64,000 nucleotides of DNA from positions 77,529 through 141,528 of the forward strand of contig CAWAXX010000013.1 of assembly GCA_963786105.1 (NCBI GenBank), written 5' to 3'. A program made the translations under genes and the position numbers. This stretch comes from Vulcanimicrobiota bacterium. Lineage in GTDB: Bacteria > Vulcanimicrobiota > Vulcanimicrobiia > Vulcanimicrobiales > Vulcanimicrobiaceae. Within the stretch, counting starts at the first letter, position 1, and each line of letters begins with the position of its first letter. Below the pieces are notes generated by a model, which was not told the DNA's origin, searched no databases, and saw nothing but the letters and a program-made list of their open reading frames with translations. Positions 61,878-64,000 of the stretch are shown here, piece by piece.

Positions 61878-62011
61878 TACGTTCGTCCATTCTAACGAAT
61901 CGCCGGAGGCGGGAGATGCCCAGCCCATGGGCAACAAAAGGCCGCGTTCGCGTAATTTTTTTCCCCCGAGCGGCCTTCCGAATCGAAACCGATGCCCTAT
62001 CATCGAACCAG

Positions 62012-63619
62012 ATGCGCCTGACTCGTGCGATTTCCGCGGTCGCGTTCCTGGCGTTTGCCGTAGCCACGGCTTGCGTGTCGCATCGCGGCTCGACGCGAAC
62101 CGATGAGCTCAGGTTTGGCGTTCCCTATGAGATAAACTCCATGAATCCGCTCCTGATTTCGGGAGCGGACCGGCTCATTCTCGGGCCGTTGCTCTACTCG
62201 CAGCTCTTTCGTCCGTCGCCGTCGGGTAAGACGCTTCCATGGGTGGCCTCCGTCGTCCCAACGCTGAGAAACGGCGGGATCTCCGCCGACGGCATGACGA
62301 TCGTCTATCACCTTCGCCACGACGTAAAGTGGGCCGACGGAGTGCCGCTCACGTCGCGCGACGTCGTCTTTACGCACGAAGCCGATCTTAACCCGCATAA
62401 CAACTCTATCGAGACGATCGGCGACCGGGAAATCGCCTCAATTACTGCGCCCGACCCTTACACCGTCCGCGTCCGGCTGAAGCGGCCGTTTTCGCCGTTC
62501 GTCGACTTCGACTATTTCGATCGGCCGCTTCTCCCCGCTCACTTGCTTGCAAAGTACAAATCGCTCAACGAGATCCCGTTCAACGCATACCCGGTTGGCT
62601 CGGGTCCATATCGCCTGGACAAGTGGGTGCACGGCGATTATATGACCTTCGTTCGCAGCGAAACGTACTGGGGACCCCCGGCGCGGATTCAAAAGATCGT
62701 GTTGAAGGTTATCCCCAACGCCGACACGCTCGTTGACGAACTCAAGAGTGGCGACGTCGATGCCGCCTATGCAATGGACGCCATACGCGCGAGGTCTTTC
62801 GACGGCGATCCTCGGTTCGTCGTCGTCCGAACTCCCGTGCCGCTCTTTCAGTTGATTATCTTCAACGCCGCCGACCCGCGGTTGGCCGACGTGCGGGTAC
62901 GGCGCGCATTCGTCATGGCGCTCGACCGGCCGGAGATCGTCGGCAAGGCGACGCTTGGGTCGGAGGATACTGCGCACGCCGACAAAGGGCTCTTCCGGTG
63001 GGCGTACGACCCGCGTATCGCGCCTCTTCCGTACGATCCGGCCGGCGCTCGCCGTTTGCTCGAAGGAGCGGGTTGGAAGGTTGGCTCAGACGGCATTCGA
63101 ACGCGCGACGGCCGTCGCCTCGAGTTTACGCTGGCCATCTTGGCCGCTGAACCGATTTTCGCAACCGAGGCGGTGGAGGTCGCGGAACAAGCGCGCACCG
63201 TCGGCATTCTCGTGAACGTTAAGGCCTACATCGCGCAGCAGTACGTGCTCCTCACCAAGCAAGGCGTTCTTTGGGGTGGGAACTTTCAGGTTGCGCTCAC
63301 CACGTTTGTGGGTGCGAACGATCCCGACCCCGAGTGGCTTATCGGCTGCGACGATCGTGGAAATCCGATCCCGTATAACTTCAGCCATATGTGCGTTCCC
63401 GAGATTCAGTCAGCCATGCGCGCGGCAGTCTCGACGTTCGACCGGGAGAAGCGCAAGCGTGAATACGCCATCGTGCAAAGAGTCCTCAATGCGCAGCTGC
63501 CGATTGCCGTCCTCTCGCAAAACTATCAAAACACCGTCATCCCAAAACGACTGCACGGCTTCGGTCCGTCGATCGCCGGAGGCAGTTTTTGGAACGTCGT
63601 AGATTGGTGGCTATCGTGA
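62012..63619 (+). CDS. Peptide ABC transporter substrate-binding lipoprotein (family 5)
   Basis: Lipobox ATAC, NGGISADG.TI.YHLR..VKWADG.PLT..DV.FT, PVGSGPY, YDP..A..LL..AGW. Confidence 0.9.
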   Translation: MRLTRAISAVAFLAFAVATACVSHRGSTRTDELRFGVPYEINSMNPLLISGADRLILGPLLYSQLFRPSPSGKTLPWVASVVPTLRNGGISADGMTIVYHLRHDVKWADGVPLTSRDVVFTHEADLNPHNNSIETIGDREIASITAPDPYTVRVRLKRPFSPFVDFDYFDRPLLPAHLLAKYKSLNEIPFNAYPVGSGPYRLDKWVHGDYMTFVRSETYWGPPARIQKIVLKVIPNADTLVDELKSGDVDAAYAMDAIRARSFDGDPRFVVVRTPVPLFQLIIFNAADPRLADVRVRRAFVMALDRPEIVGKATLGSEDTAHADKGLFRWAYDPRIAPLPYDPAGARRLLEGAGWKVGSDGIRTRDGRRLEFTLAILAAEPIFATEAVEVAEQARTVGILVNVKAYIAQQYVLLTKQGVLWGGNFQVALTTFVGANDPDPEWLIGCDDRGNPIPYNFSHMCVPEIQSAMRAAVSTFDREKRKREYAIVQRVLNAQLPIAVLSQNYQNTVIPKRLHGFGPSIAGGSFWNVVDWWLS

Positions 63620-64000
63620 AAGGTGTTGCTTCGTGCGCTCTGGCGCTCGCCTTGGTAAGCGCGGGCTCCAGCGCGGCAACCGCCGCCCCTATTCGGCCCG
63701 ACGAACTCGTCTTTGGCGTGTCCTTTGAGTACAAGACGCTCAATCCGCTGTACATGTCGGGAGCGGACCGCTTGGCCATCGGCGGCCTCATGTACAACCA
63801 TCTCATCGATGCCAACGCTCACGGCGACCTAACGCCGAGCGTCGCGCTCGCGGTGCCTTCACAGGCCAACGGCGGAATCTCGAAAGACGGCACGACCATC
63901 ACGTATCATCTGCGGCGCGACGTGAAGTGGGCCGACGGCCAGCCGCTGACGGCGCACGATGTCGTCTTCACCCACGAAGCCGACATGAACGCAAAGAATT
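63616..64000 (+). CDS. Second family-5 peptide-binding protein, truncated by the window end
   Basis: GTG overlaps the previous stop. Signal peptide, LNPL, NGGISKDGTTITYHLRRDVKWADGQPLTAHDVVFTHEAD. Confidence 0.85.
   Translation, partial: MKGVASCALALALVSAGSSAATAAPIRPDELVFGVSFEYKTLNPLYMSGADRLAIGGLMYNHLIDANAHGDLTPSVALAVPSQANGGISKDGTTITYHLRRDVKWADGQPLTAHDVVFTHEADMNAKN

Overview
GC-rich bacterial chromosomal window from a diderm. The mix of TonB-dependent receptors, a ymdB-spoVS-PHP block, many secreted beta-propeller lipoproteins and an XRE-NB-ARC-TPR regulator suggests Eremiobacterota/Vulcanimicrobiota (inference only). Order of content: two convergent paralogous TonB-dependent receptors, one preceded by a His-containing membrane leader ORF; ymdB-spoVS-PHP (frameshifted)-dacB; cyclodeaminase and ahcY-metK; tRNA-Asn; an accessory stretch of secreted proteins, regulators and two internally deleted pseudogenes; three secreted phosphoesterases with a GT39 and a multicopper oxidase; soxR with an SDR-queA-like operon; DUF2975-XRE; CHAD-GH63-ppgK-pgi-gnd-zwf; and a peptide/D-amino-acid catabolic cluster. 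The best candidate for an undescribed system is at 4025-4629. There the leader ORF ends in an RPPP motif resembling RAPP arrest peptides, and the codons for that motif pair 12/13 nt with the Shine-Dalgarno region of the downstream receptor. This points to a SecM/CruR-like ribosome-stalling switch using a leader that does not look like DUF2946. No CRISPR array, rRNA, integrase or transposase was seen.
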